Source: an uncultured Candidatus Actinomarina sp.
GTDB taxonomy: Bacteria; Actinomycetota; Acidimicrobiia; Actinomarinales; Actinomarinaceae
Length of the DNA stretch: 64,000 nucleotides
Assembly (NCBI GenBank): GCA_902593795.1
Contig: CACJJR010000004.1
Span: 47,086 to 111,085 of the forward strand
Direction of reading: 5' to 3'
Below the pieces are notes generated by a model. That model was not told the origin of the DNA, did not search any database, and saw only the letters and a list, made by a program, of their open reading frames with translations. The stretch's first letter is position 1. Each line of letters opens with the position of its first letter. This document shows, piece by piece, positions 17,933 through 27,554 of the stretch. The translations under genes and the position numbers were made by a program.

Positions 17933-19842
17933 TCTAAATATCTTTTAATTTTTTTAGCAATTGAATCAACATTTATCTCGAAAAATTTACCTAGATCTTC
18001 CATAGGTGCAGATTTTCCAAAAGTTTGAATACTAAATGATTCTGTTACATTACCTATATAATCAGACCAGCCAATCGACTTTCCTAGCTCTATGGTGAAA
18101 GCTAGTTTGTTATTATTCAATGTTTTAGACTTTTCAGGTGTTAATTTATTAAGTATTGGAACGCTCACAACTCTGACAGAGTATTGTTCAAATCTTTCTT
18201 TTAACTCAAGTGCAATATTCACTTCTGAACCTGAAGCAAAAATTGTAAAATCTTCTCCCTCAGAAATAATAAAACCTCCATATAAAAAGTCTTTGTAATC
18301 TACTTCATAGTCAAGATATTCTAAGTTTTGCCTTGTGAGAGAAAGAACCTTTGGACTATCTGTATTTGAAAATAAATAATTGTAAGAATGAGTAATTTCA
18401 GTACTATTCGAAGGCCTAATCACATCTAAGCCCGGTATTAATCTTAGAGACATAAGATGCTCAATTGGTTGATGAGTTGGCCCATCTTCACCTAAGTAAA
18501 TTGAATCATGGGTAAAAATATAAGATGAATTAATATTCATCAATGAAGCTAGCCTTATGCTTGGACGCATATAGTCAGAGAATACTAAAAAGGTTGAACC
18601 ATACGCAAACAATTTACTGTGTAGATTTATACCATTAACAACTGCAGCCATAGCGTGCTCTCTTATCCCAAACTCAATGTTTTGACCTTTTCTATTATTG
18701 CTTGAATAGACTTCATCAGAAATAATTTGCTTTGTTGATGCTGCAAGATCAGCTGAACCCCCTAATATGAACGTATTTTCAGAACCGATTAGATTCAGAT
18801 AATTTCCACCTGAAACACGGGTTGCTGCATTAGTAATTCCAGAATATTCTGGAATTAATATTTCAAAAGATTCAAACTGCTCCCATAATAATTTGAATTT
18901 ATTATCTTCTTCTAACTTTTTATTTAGATTTATTTTCCAATTTTCATAAGTTAAATTATCCTCTGTTCGCTTTTTATCAAAATATTCATAAATATCATCA
19001 TCATGTGAAAACGGATCTCCACTCCAACCAATCTCACTAAAAAATAGATCCATTTCTTCTTCACCTAGTGGAGCGCCATGTATTGAGCTTGTGTTTTGCT
19101 TATTTGGAGAAAATTTACCAATTGTACTTTTTGCAATTATTAAAGAAGGCTTATTTGTTTCTTTTTTTGATGCTTCAATAGCTTTAAAAATTTCTGACTG
19201 ACTATGGCCATCCACTTCTAAAACTTGCCATCCAATTGACTCAAACTTTTTCTTTTGATCAGTGATTGAAACTTTATCCACATTTCCATCAATAGATATA
19301 TTGTTATCATCAAATATGTAGACTAATTTTCCTAATTTCCATACTCCAGCAAGTTCAGCAGCTTCAAAGGAAACACCCTCCATTAAGTCTCCATCTGAGA
19401 CAATGCCATATACATAATGATCTATGACATCTTTTCCAAAAATTTCAGCTAAATATGTTTCTGCTAATGCGAGTCCTACTCCTGTGGAAAAACCTTGTCC
19501 TAAGGGCCCTGTTGTAATATCAATTCCTAGTGCTGTATCTACTTCAGGATGACCTGCTGTGTTTGAATCAAGTTGTCTAAATGCTTTGATGTCATCCATT
19601 GAAATATCATACCCATTAAAGTGCAACAAACTATACAACAACATAGAGCCATGCCCAGCGCTTAAAACAAATCTATCTCTATTTATCCAATCAGGATTCT
19701 TATTGGAAATATTTAGTATATTTCCAAATAACACCGTTCCAACTTCTGCCATTCCCATAGGCATGCCCGGGTGACCGGAGTTTGCCTTTTCAACTGAAGC
19801 TGCGGAAAGAACTCGAATAGATTTTGTTACTTTATCAAACAT
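17929..19842 (-). CDS. tkt: Transketolase
   Basis: 637 aa with SGHPGMPMGMAEV and SDGDLMEG thiamine-diphosphate motifs. Confidence 0.9.
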   Translation of the reverse strand: MFDKVTKSIRVLSAASVEKANSGHPGMPMGMAEVGTVLFGNILNISNKNPDWINRDRFVLSAGHGSMLLYSLLHFNGYDISMDDIKAFRQLDSNTAGHPEVDTALGIDITTGPLGQGFSTGVGLALAETYLAEIFGKDVIDHYVYGIVSDGDLMEGVSFEAAELAGVWKLGKLVYIFDDNNISIDGNVDKVSITDQKKKFESIGWQVLEVDGHSQSEIFKAIEASKKETNKPSLIIAKSTIGKFSPNKQNTSSIHGAPLGEEEMDLFFSEIGWSGDPFSHDDDIYEYFDKKRTEDNLTYENWKINLNKKLEEDNKFKLLWEQFESFEILIPEYSGITNAATRVSGGNYLNLIGSENTFILGGSADLAASTKQIISDEVYSSNNRKGQNIEFGIREHAMAAVVNGINLHSKLFAYGSTFLVFSDYMRPSIRLASLMNINSSYIFTHDSIYLGEDGPTHQPIEHLMSLRLIPGLDVIRPSNSTEITHSYNYLFSNTDSPKVLSLTRQNLEYLDYEVDYKDFLYGGFIISEGEDFTIFASGSEVNIALELKERFEQYSVRVVSVPILNKLTPEKSKTLNNNKLAFTIELGKSIGWSDYIGNVTESFSIQTFGKSAPMEDLGKFFEINVDSIAKKIKRYLD

Positions 19843-19862
19843 TGTTTTAAGTATATAAGAAA

Positions 19863-21491
19863 CTAAACAGAGGCAAAGGAATCTTTTGCATGATATGAAG
19901 ACCTTACTAATGGACCAGACTCAACATGTGGAATTCCAAAAGACTCACCAATAAATTTGTAATATTCAAATTCTTCCTCGGGTGCGTATCTATCAATAGG
20001 TCTATGTTTTGCAGTAGGACGTAAGTATTGTCCAATAGTCACAATATCTACATTTAATTTTGAAATATCTTTAAGAACAGACACGACTTCTTCTTTTTTT
20101 TCACCCATTCCAACTATAAGACCAGTTTTTGTTTTTCCTTCAAATCCTTGAGATTTAACATAATGCAACAATGAAAGAGATCTTCCATAAGAAGCAGAGG
20201 TTCTTATTTCTCTTTGCAAACTTGGAACAGTTTCAAGATTATGATTGATTACCTCAGGAGAGGCTTTAATTATATTGTCAATGGCAGCCCTGTCGCCTTT
20301 AAAATCAGGTATTAAAACTTCTACATCACATTTAGCATTTAATTTCTTAACTTCGTTAATAGTATCAGCAAAAAACTGTGACCCACCATCCTCCAAGTCA
20401 TCTCTATTAACAGAAGTAATCACAGCATGGGTTAATTCCATAGCTTTAACACTCTCTGCTACTCTTGCTGGCTCACCTAAATCTAAAGTTCCAGGTTTTC
20501 CAGTTTTAACATCACAGAATCCACATGCTCTAGTACAAACATCTCCCATAATCATAAAAGTTGCTGTTCCCATAGACCAACATTCATAAATGTTTGGACA
20601 AGAAGCTTCTTCACAAACTGTATTAAGTTTTTTTTCACTTAATAAATTTTTTAATGACCGATAATCATTTCCTAAATTAGCTTTAACCTTCATCCATTCT
20701 GGCCTTTTTGGTTCAGTAGGTAAGACCCCTTTTATAGTTATTGGAATTCCTTTACTAGATGGTTTAAAAACTCCCGCAGCAACCATCTTGTCTATATTGA
20801 ATTCTTTTTTTGACTTAAGTTGCTTTGGAGTAAACTGCGAGAACTGTTCATCAACTTCTGAATACTCAAATAATTTAGAGAAATTATCTGAAACTATTCT
20901 TGAAACTTCATCAAAAGAAACTTTATCATTAAAACTTTGAATAGATGTAATACTCTCAGCATCATTTCCACAAGGGTTTATTAAATCGAAACCTTCTAAT
21001 TTATCGAAAATATTAAGCGAGAAGCCATGATAAGTTGTCCATTTGCTAACTTTTATACCAATTGAAGCAATTTTTCCTTTTGAAGTCCAAACTCCCGTGT
21101 CATCTTCTTTAGTAAAAGAATCAATAGATAGGTCATTTAAAGACTGAATAAGAATATTTTCAATAGACCTTACAAAAGGTACTACCTTTTTTGGATCTTG
21201 AAGCCTGATTATTGGATATCCTATTAGTTGTCCTTCTCCATGAAAAGTGACATCACCTCCCCTATCAGTATCAAAAAAATCTATATTCATTTGGTTTAAA
21301 GTTTCTTTAGAAACAAGTAAATTATTCTCTTTTGAAGACCTACCAGATGTTATTACATTGTCATGTTCAAGTAACAAAAGATAATCATCATCTTCATAAT
21401 TACTTGATACGGCATTATGTAAACCTAATTGAAGATCATATGCTTCAGAATATGGAAGCTTTCCAATCCAACGAATGTTTAATTTTCTCAA
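19863..21491 (-). CDS. lipB-lipA: Fused octanoyltransferase (LipB) and lipoyl synthase (LipA)
   Basis: 542 aa in a single frame. The LipB part (about 1-212) has DRGGDVTFHGEGQL, KIASIGIKV and NPCG. The LipA part (about 259-542) has RPEWMKVK, CEEASCPNIYEC and the radical-SAM CTRACGFC. Confidence 0.85.
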   Translation of the reverse strand: MRKLNIRWIGKLPYSEAYDLQLGLHNAVSSNYEDDDYLLLLEHDNVITSGRSSKENNLLVSKETLNQMNIDFFDTDRGGDVTFHGEGQLIGYPIIRLQDPKKVVPFVRSIENILIQSLNDLSIDSFTKEDDTGVWTSKGKIASIGIKVSKWTTYHGFSLNIFDKLEGFDLINPCGNDAESITSIQSFNDKVSFDEVSRIVSDNFSKLFEYSEVDEQFSQFTPKQLKSKKEFNIDKMVAAGVFKPSSKGIPITIKGVLPTEPKRPEWMKVKANLGNDYRSLKNLLSEKKLNTVCEEASCPNIYECWSMGTATFMIMGDVCTRACGFCDVKTGKPGTLDLGEPARVAESVKAMELTHAVITSVNRDDLEDGGSQFFADTINEVKKLNAKCDVEVLIPDFKGDRAAIDNIIKASPEVINHNLETVPSLQREIRTSASYGRSLSLLHYVKSQGFEGKTKTGLIVGMGEKKEEVVSVLKDISKLNVDIVTIGQYLRPTAKHRPIDRYAPEEEFEYYKFIGESFGIPHVESGPLVRSSYHAKDSFASV

Positions 21492-22765
21492 GCTAATTCC
21501 TGAGACCAGTCACTATTCTCTAATTTTTCTTTTATAGAGTTTAAAAATAATAATGCAATTGACCCATCGAAAACTCGATGGTCCCAAGTCAAGCTAAGTA
21601 ATCCTGTATGCCTAATTGCTATAGAATCAGTTCCATCCTGAGCCTCTATAACAACTGGCCTTTTTTTAACAGACTCGGTGGATAAAATTGCAACGTTAGG
21701 TTGGTTAATAATTGGAGAAGTTAAAAATGAATTGAAAGATCCATTATTAGAGATTGTAAAAGTACTCCCTGATACATCATCTAGTTCATAACTACCTTCA
21801 CGCAATTTTATAGAAGTATCAGAAATTTTTCTTGCTAAACCTTTCAGACTAAACGAATCCGCTTCACGCATAGTTCCTACTAATAACCCCTCTTGGTTAA
21901 GGTCTACAGCAATACCTAGATTGATATGGCTATGAATGCTGTGAATTTCTTTATCTAGATCGAATGAGCTATTTACGACCGGGTGTTCTCTTAAAGCGTA
22001 AATTGTTGCTAAAGAAATGAATGGAAGGTAGGTCAGAGAAAAGCCATTATCTTCTTTGAATGATTTCTTATGTTTACTTCTTAACATTTCAACATTTTCG
22101 TAATCTACCTCAACAGAGGTCATAACATGGGCAGATGTTTGTTTAGACATAACCATATTCTCAGCAATTCTTCTTCTTAAACGTGAAATTTCACCAGTTG
22201 TAGCTTTTGGTTGTTCTTTCTGTTTTACTTCTTTTTGAACTGCAGTATCGATTGATTGTTTTTTTGCTACATTTCCAGAAGCCATATAAGCTTCAACGTC
22301 TTTTCTCGTAATCCTTCCATCAGATCCTGTACCTGTAATTTGTGCTAAATCTAAATTATTCTCAGAAACAATTTTCCTGACAACAGGAGATAATTTTATG
22401 TTGCTACTTTTAATAACAGGTGAAGAAGCAGATTCTTCAACTTTTATCTCTTCTACAATCTCTTGAGTTGGTTCATCGAAAGAATCAATATCATTTGGTA
22501 TTTTTTCATCAACTACCGAACTGGAAGCGTCTCCATTAAGTTCCAAAAGCGAAGCTCCAACTTCAACTGTTTCTCCCTCTTCAACTAAAAGGGAAGTTAC
22601 TTTACCAGAAAAAGGTGATGGCACTTCTGTATCAACCTTATCGGTAGAAATCTCTAATATGGGGTCGTCTTCTTTTACTTCATCCCCTACTGCAACAAGC
22701 CAACGAAGGATTGTTCCTTCTGTGACAGTTTCGCCCAGTTGGGGCATAGTTACAATTTCACTCAT
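21488..22765 (-). CDS. Dihydrolipoamide acyltransferase (E2) of a 2-oxoacid dehydrogenase complex
   Basis: 425 aa with one lipoyl domain (EISTDKVDTEV), a subunit-binding domain (LSPVVRKIVSENNLDL) and the catalytic DHRVFDG. Confidence 0.9.
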   Translation of the reverse strand: MSEIVTMPQLGETVTEGTILRWLVAVGDEVKEDDPILEISTDKVDTEVPSPFSGKVTSLLVEEGETVEVGASLLELNGDASSSVVDEKIPNDIDSFDEPTQEIVEEIKVEESASSPVIKSSNIKLSPVVRKIVSENNLDLAQITGTGSDGRITRKDVEAYMASGNVAKKQSIDTAVQKEVKQKEQPKATTGEISRLRRRIAENMVMSKQTSAHVMTSVEVDYENVEMLRSKHKKSFKEDNGFSLTYLPFISLATIYALREHPVVNSSFDLDKEIHSIHSHINLGIAVDLNQEGLLVGTMREADSFSLKGLARKISDTSIKLREGSYELDDVSGSTFTISNNGSFNSFLTSPIINQPNVAILSTESVKKRPVVIEAQDGTDSIAIRHTGLLSLTWDHRVFDGSIALLFLNSIKEKLENSDWSQELA

Positions 22766-22769
22766 AGTT

Positions 22770-24776
22770 TTATTGTAATTCTTTTACGGCTTTTATGACT
22801 TTTTCAACACTTGGTATAAAAGCATCTTCAAGAACAGGTGCGAAAGGAATATGTGTATTTGGAGGAGTAACCTTAATTATTGGATTATCTAAACTCCAAA
22901 AACCTTTCTCAGCTACTAAAGAAGAAATCTCTGAAGCAATGGATGAGAACGGTACATCTTCTTGCAAAATACACAAGTTAGATGTTTTCTCAACTGAATT
23001 AAGAATTATTTCTTCATCTAAAGGAACGATTGTTCTAATATCAATAATTTCAACAGATAAGCCATCTTTACTTAGCTCTTGAGCAGCCTGTTCAGCAACA
23101 GATACCATGCCAGACCATGTAACAATCGTTAAGTCTGAGCCTTCTTTTACAATTTTACCTTTGCCAATTTCAACCTCATAAAGCCCTAAAGGTACTTCCA
23201 TTTTTAAATCTGGTTTCCTATAAAGTTTTTTGTGTTCTAAATACATAACCGGATTTGGATCATTAACAGCAGCAATCAAGAGACCTTTGGCATCATAAGG
23301 GTTTGATGGGGCCACTACTTTAATTCCAGGATGATGTGCTAATAACGACTCAGGGCTAATGGAGTGAAATGGTCCCGATCTAGTACCGGCTCCAGTTGGG
23401 CCTCTAACTACCATTGGAACAGGCTTTCCTGCTTTCCAATTATATTTTGCTGCTTCGGTTGTTATTTGGTCCAACGCAGGATAAACAAAATCATAAAACT
23501 GAAGTTCTACTATTGGCTTTTTACCCGCAAGAGCAGCTCCAACAGCCGCACCTGTGAAGCCTCCCTCAGATATTGATGTATCAATTACACGAAATGGTCC
23601 ATACTTATTGAAGAGGCCTTTTGTAGCTTTAAATGCACCTTCAAAAACTCCAATATCTTCACCCATCATGAAGACATTTTCATCATTATCCATTAACTCA
23701 TCTAATCCATTAGTGATAGCTTCTATAAAATTCATAGTTTCTTTATTGTTCTCACTGTTTTCTATTAAAGGCGTAGTTCTATCGGCAAACATATCTGACT
23801 CTTCGTTTTTTGGATCTGGATCATCTTGATTTTTTGCCCAATCTATTGTTTCTTTAATTTCAGCTTCTAACTCTTCTGACAGACTGACAAACTGTTCCGT
23901 AGTGAACAAACCTTCTTGTAACAATGCGTCTTCAAACCTTGCTATAGGGTCACGTTTCATCCAAAATTCCCTCACTTCATCATTAACGTATTCAGCAGGG
24001 TCATGACCAGCGTGGCCATAGTGGCGAAAAGTAACTAACTCAATAAGTGACGGACCATTACCATTTCGAGCATTTTCACAAGATTCGTGAATAGCATCGA
24101 TCACTTCATAAATATCATTTCCATCAATTATTCTTGCTGGAATTCCATAACCTGCAGCTCTATCAGCAACATTTGGTGTTCCAAACTCTGTGTCATTAGG
24201 TGAAGAGTATGCAAATTGATTGTTTTGGACTGTAAAGACAACTGGCAAATTAAGAACTGCTGCCATGTTAACGCTTTCATGCCAAGTACCAGTTGCAGTA
24301 GCTCCTTCACCACAGTTAGCAACAGCAACTACACCTGTTCCGCTTTGTTGCGATGCTAAAGCCCAACCGACAGCTACAGGGGCCGAATCTGGTAGCGGAG
24401 ATACAACCATAAGCGTACCTTTGTCAACAACACCAAAGTGACTATTTCCATCTCTACCTTTAGAAGGTCCATCATTTTTACCAAAAAAATTCAAAGCGAT
24501 TTCTTTAAGTGTTACTCCTTTTTTTATTTGAACACCTAGATCTCTGTGCGTTCCACCAAAAATATCTTTCGAATCCATACCCGCTGCAATACCGGCCATA
24601 CATGCTTCTTGACCAATTCCTGGATATACTGCACCACTTAATTGTCCACCTTTGTACATTTTCAGTAATCTATCTTCCAATAATCGTTGGGTTTTCATAG
24701 ATTTATAGATATCCCAGAGAACTTCTTTAGAAAGTGTTGCTGCATATCCTTGTCTTGTTATTTTTTCAATCTGCAT
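22770..24776 (-). CDS. Fused E1 alpha + E1 beta subunits of a heteromeric-type 2-oxoacid (pyruvate or branched-chain) dehydrogenase
   Basis: 668 aa. The alpha-like part runs to about residue 320 (CGEGATATG...NNQFAYS, RHYGHAGHD). An acidic linker follows. The beta-like part starts near residue 347 (MNFIEAITNGLDELM..MGEDIG). Confidence 0.85.
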   Translation of the reverse strand: MQIEKITRQGYAATLSKEVLWDIYKSMKTQRLLEDRLLKMYKGGQLSGAVYPGIGQEACMAGIAAGMDSKDIFGGTHRDLGVQIKKGVTLKEIALNFFGKNDGPSKGRDGNSHFGVVDKGTLMVVSPLPDSAPVAVGWALASQQSGTGVVAVANCGEGATATGTWHESVNMAAVLNLPVVFTVQNNQFAYSSPNDTEFGTPNVADRAAGYGIPARIIDGNDIYEVIDAIHESCENARNGNGPSLIELVTFRHYGHAGHDPAEYVNDEVREFWMKRDPIARFEDALLQEGLFTTEQFVSLSEELEAEIKETIDWAKNQDDPDPKNEESDMFADRTTPLIENSENNKETMNFIEAITNGLDELMDNDENVFMMGEDIGVFEGAFKATKGLFNKYGPFRVIDTSISEGGFTGAAVGAALAGKKPIVELQFYDFVYPALDQITTEAAKYNWKAGKPVPMVVRGPTGAGTRSGPFHSISPESLLAHHPGIKVVAPSNPYDAKGLLIAAVNDPNPVMYLEHKKLYRKPDLKMEVPLGLYEVEIGKGKIVKEGSDLTIVTWSGMVSVAEQAAQELSKDGLSVEIIDIRTIVPLDEEIILNSVEKTSNLCILQEDVPFSSIASEISSLVAEKGFWSLDNPIIKVTPPNTHIPFAPVLEDAFIPSVEKVIKAVKELQ

Positions 24777-24777
24777 A

Positions 24778-26142
24778 TTAATGTAACCCCCTACCGCTTA
24801 AACTCATTAATGATTCGCCAATTGCTTCACTCAAAGTTGGATGTGCATGAATAAATTCTGATGCCTCTTCTGGAAGAGCTTCCCAACCTATCATGTACAT
24901 CAATTCATGTATCATTTCACCCGCAGCTGGACCACATACGCTTGCTCCTACTATTGGGCCGTTTTCTTCTGAGTAAACTTTAACTAAGCCTTCATTTTGA
25001 TTTTGAATCATCGCTCTTCCAATTCCTGCAAAACTATGCTGCGATTGATTGATTTTAATTCCCAAATCTTTTGCTTTATCAGAATTTACTCCAACCTCAG
25101 CCAATTCAGGTCTTGTGTAAACAACATAAGGAATTGCATCATAATTTATTGGGCTATTGTCTCCAGTAGCAATATGGGTAACAGAGCTAATAGCTTCTGC
25201 AAAAGCAACATGAGCTAACTGTGGAGTTCCATCAACAATATCTCCTAAAGCATAAATATTTTCTACTGCTGTTTGTAAAGTCTGTAAATTTGCTTCTACA
25301 AACCCATTATTTATTTTTATTCCTACTTCTTCTAATCCAATATTTTCTGTTAATGGTGCCCTGCCAACTGCAACTAAAACACATTCAAAATTTTCATTGT
25401 CTCCATCAGAGAAATAAACACTCTTATCATTAACTGAATCTACAGATGTACCAAGTTTAAAATTTACACCTCTTTTTGAAAGTTGCTTTCTCAGTTCTCC
25501 TGATGTTCTCTTATCTAAGCCAGGTAATATTTCTTTAGCAAGTTCTACAACAGTAACTTCTGATCCTAAGTCATTTAGTAAACTGGCAAACTCGCATCCA
25601 ATTGCTCCTGCTCCTATTACGCATACTTTATTTGGTGGCTGTTCCCAATTTAAAGCTGAGTCTGATGTTATAACATACTCATTATCAATTTCAATATTAG
25701 GTATTGACCTTGGTTTTGAACCGGTAGCTAAAAGTATAAAGTCAGATTCCAATACTATTTCTTCACCATCTGCTTTTTTAATTAATACATTATTCTTATC
25801 TTTGATTGTCCCCCAGCCCTCCAGAACATTTACTTTTTTAGAATTTAGCAACATTCCAATACCGCTTACGAGGTTATTTATAATTTCAAATCTTTTTTCA
25901 GCTGTCTTTGCCCAATCGATAGTCTTTTCATTTATGTTTATGCCAAAGTCTGATGAGGTTTCGATTTCATGATTTAATTCTGCAACGTGAAGCCAATATT
26001 TTGCAGGTATACAACCCCTGTTGAGACATGTTCCACCAAGAGTATCAGATTCAATTAGAGTGACTTCTAAGTCGAAATTGCTTGCGTAAAGTGCAGCAGC
26101 ATAACCTGCTGGCCCTCCGCCAATAATGGTTAATTTTTTCAA
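24778..26142 (-). CDS. lpd: Dihydrolipoamide dehydrogenase (E3)
   Basis: GGGPAGY FAD loop, redox-active CLNRGCIPAK and C-terminal HAHPTLSE. The track ORF starts at ATG 26211, but GGAAAGAGG followed 4 nt later by TTG at 26142 puts the start just before the FAD loop, so I prefer 26142. Confidence 0.8.
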   Translation of the reverse strand: MKKLTIIGGGPAGYAAALYASNFDLEVTLIESDTLGGTCLNRGCIPAKYWLHVAELNHEIETSSDFGININEKTIDWAKTAEKRFEIINNLVSGIGMLLNSKKVNVLEGWGTIKDKNNVLIKKADGEEIVLESDFILLATGSKPRSIPNIEIDNEYVITSDSALNWEQPPNKVCVIGAGAIGCEFASLLNDLGSEVTVVELAKEILPGLDKRTSGELRKQLSKRGVNFKLGTSVDSVNDKSVYFSDGDNENFECVLVAVGRAPLTENIGLEEVGIKINNGFVEANLQTLQTAVENIYALGDIVDGTPQLAHVAFAEAISSVTHIATGDNSPINYDAIPYVVYTRPELAEVGVNSDKAKDLGIKINQSQHSFAGIGRAMIQNQNEGLVKVYSEENGPIVGASVCGPAAGEMIHELMYMIGWEALPEEASEFIHAHPTLSEAIGESLMSLSGRGLH

Positions 26143-26394
26143 ATTACCTCTTTCCAGACAGGATCTCTGTCTAATCGAGATAATAACTACATTCCTACGT
26201 GGGGTTCCCAAGAAAAATGATAATAGTTATTGTCACTTATAAATTTACTAAAGTTTGGTAAAAGTTCAAAATTAGGAATGTTTTATATTGAACTAGAATG
26301 TAACCATGCAAACAAGACATTTGATAATTGCTTCTCTTTTGACAGGTTTACTAATACTTGCCGCTTTTGGCGTTTGGTTATTAACATATTAAAA

Positions 26395-27363
26395 TTGAAA
26401 AATTTTAACTTAGAACATGGCATAACTCATATACCCTTAGAACTTCCTTGGAATTCACCTGGATTCGTCAATGTTTACTTTATTGAAGATTCAAATGGCT
26501 TGGTAATGATTGATTGTGGTGTAGATGGAAATGAATATCTTAAATTATTAGAAAGCAAAATGGCTTCGATTGGGATTTCATTTGGTGATGTAAATTTATT
26601 AATAGGTACACATATGCACTCTGATCATATTGGACTTTCTTCAACAATAAGAGATAAAGGTATTCCATTTGCTTTATACAAAAATTCTGTCGATTTTATT
26701 AAGGGCTATAACGATTGGTCTATTAGATTCAAGCAATTAAAAATATATGCAAAAAAAGAAGGTGCTCCAAAAAGTTTTTTAAATGATCTTGATCAAATAG
26801 AAACGCCTGAATTTGCTGGAAAAATCTCTAAGCCAGAAGTGCTACTTGATGAAGGAAAATTAAAAGATTCAGATAGAAATATTGAAATAATATTTACACC
26901 CGGACACGATAGAACAGAGATTTCAATATTGGACAATCCATCAAAAATATTATTTTCTGGTGATCATATTCTTCCTAAAATAACTCCATTCATTCCATTA
27001 GAAGATGAGAAAGATGACATGCTTGAAAAATATACATCCTCACTTGATAAGGTTTATAATTTAGAACAAAAATTAATTGCACCTGGCCATGGAAGCTTGA
27101 TAGAAAACCCTTATTCACGCATAGAACAAATGAAGCTTCACCACAAGAAGAGATCAGATAAGATTATAAAATTAATTGGAAACTCTCAATTATCAGGCTG
27201 GGAAGTTGTGAATTTACTTTTTCCAAGAAAACTTGATTCACTTAATTTAAGACTCGCATTTCAAGAAACTATGGCTCATTTGAAATATTTAGAAAATAAT
27301 AAAAAAGTTAATCATATTGTTGGTGAAAAAGTTAACCTATGGGAATCAACTAAGCGGGCTTGA
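26395..27363 (+). CDS. MBL-fold metallo-hydrolase
   Basis: HMHSDHIG (H-x-H-x-D-H) motif preceded by VNVYFIEDSNGLVMIDCG. The track ORF begins at 26230, but its first ~55 codons are C/R/W-rich and unlike this proteome. TTG 26395 gives a typical N-terminus. The start is uncertain. Confidence 0.65.
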   Translation: MKNFNLEHGITHIPLELPWNSPGFVNVYFIEDSNGLVMIDCGVDGNEYLKLLESKMASIGISFGDVNLLIGTHMHSDHIGLSSTIRDKGIPFALYKNSVDFIKGYNDWSIRFKQLKIYAKKEGAPKSFLNDLDQIETPEFAGKISKPEVLLDEGKLKDSDRNIEIIFTPGHDRTEISILDNPSKILFSGDHILPKITPFIPLEDEKDDMLEKYTSSLDKVYNLEQKLIAPGHGSLIENPYSRIEQMKLHHKKRSDKIIKLIGNSQLSGWEVVNLLFPRKLDSLNLRLAFQETMAHLKYLENNKKVNHIVGEKVNLWESTKRA

Positions 27364-27553
27364 ATCCTCTATTTTTAGCTTCATCTACGTTATCAGGTGA
27401 AAATGCCTGTAATAAATTTAATTTTATGTAATCAAGATTTTCAGTCATTTTAATTAATTTTGAGAATTGCTCTTCACTGTCGCAATCGTAGACTTTCATA
27501 TTTTTTTTAAATCCAACAAACCTAGAATTCTCGAACCGGTCTAATCTGTTCAA
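27350..27553 (-). CDS. Hypothetical small protein (start uncertain)
   Basis: 67-codon ORF with a TTG start one nt after the acyl-CoA dehydrogenase stop. No recognisable motif. It overlaps the convergent MBL gene by 14 nt. Confidence 0.3.
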   Translation of the reverse strand: MNRLDRFENSRFVGFKKNMKVYDCDSEEQFSKLIKMTENLDYIKLNLLQAFSPDNVDEAKNRGFKPA

Positions 27554-27554
27554 T

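Noticed and set aside
22795-25433. Cluster of + strand ORFs (22795-23082, 23364-23576, 23554-23829, 24220-24441, 24509-24700, 24997-25218, 25221-25433) and one - strand ORF (24128-24328) within the E1 and E3 genes
   Set aside because: All are nested in the well-supported E1 alpha/beta and lpd frames and have no motifs of their own.
26143-26211. N-terminal 23-codon extension of lpd from ATG 26211
   Set aside because: The extension (MGTPRRNVVIISIRQRSCLERGN) precedes the FAD loop by an atypical distance and contains the GGAAAGAGG Shine-Dalgarno that serves the TTG at 26142. I shortened the gene instead.
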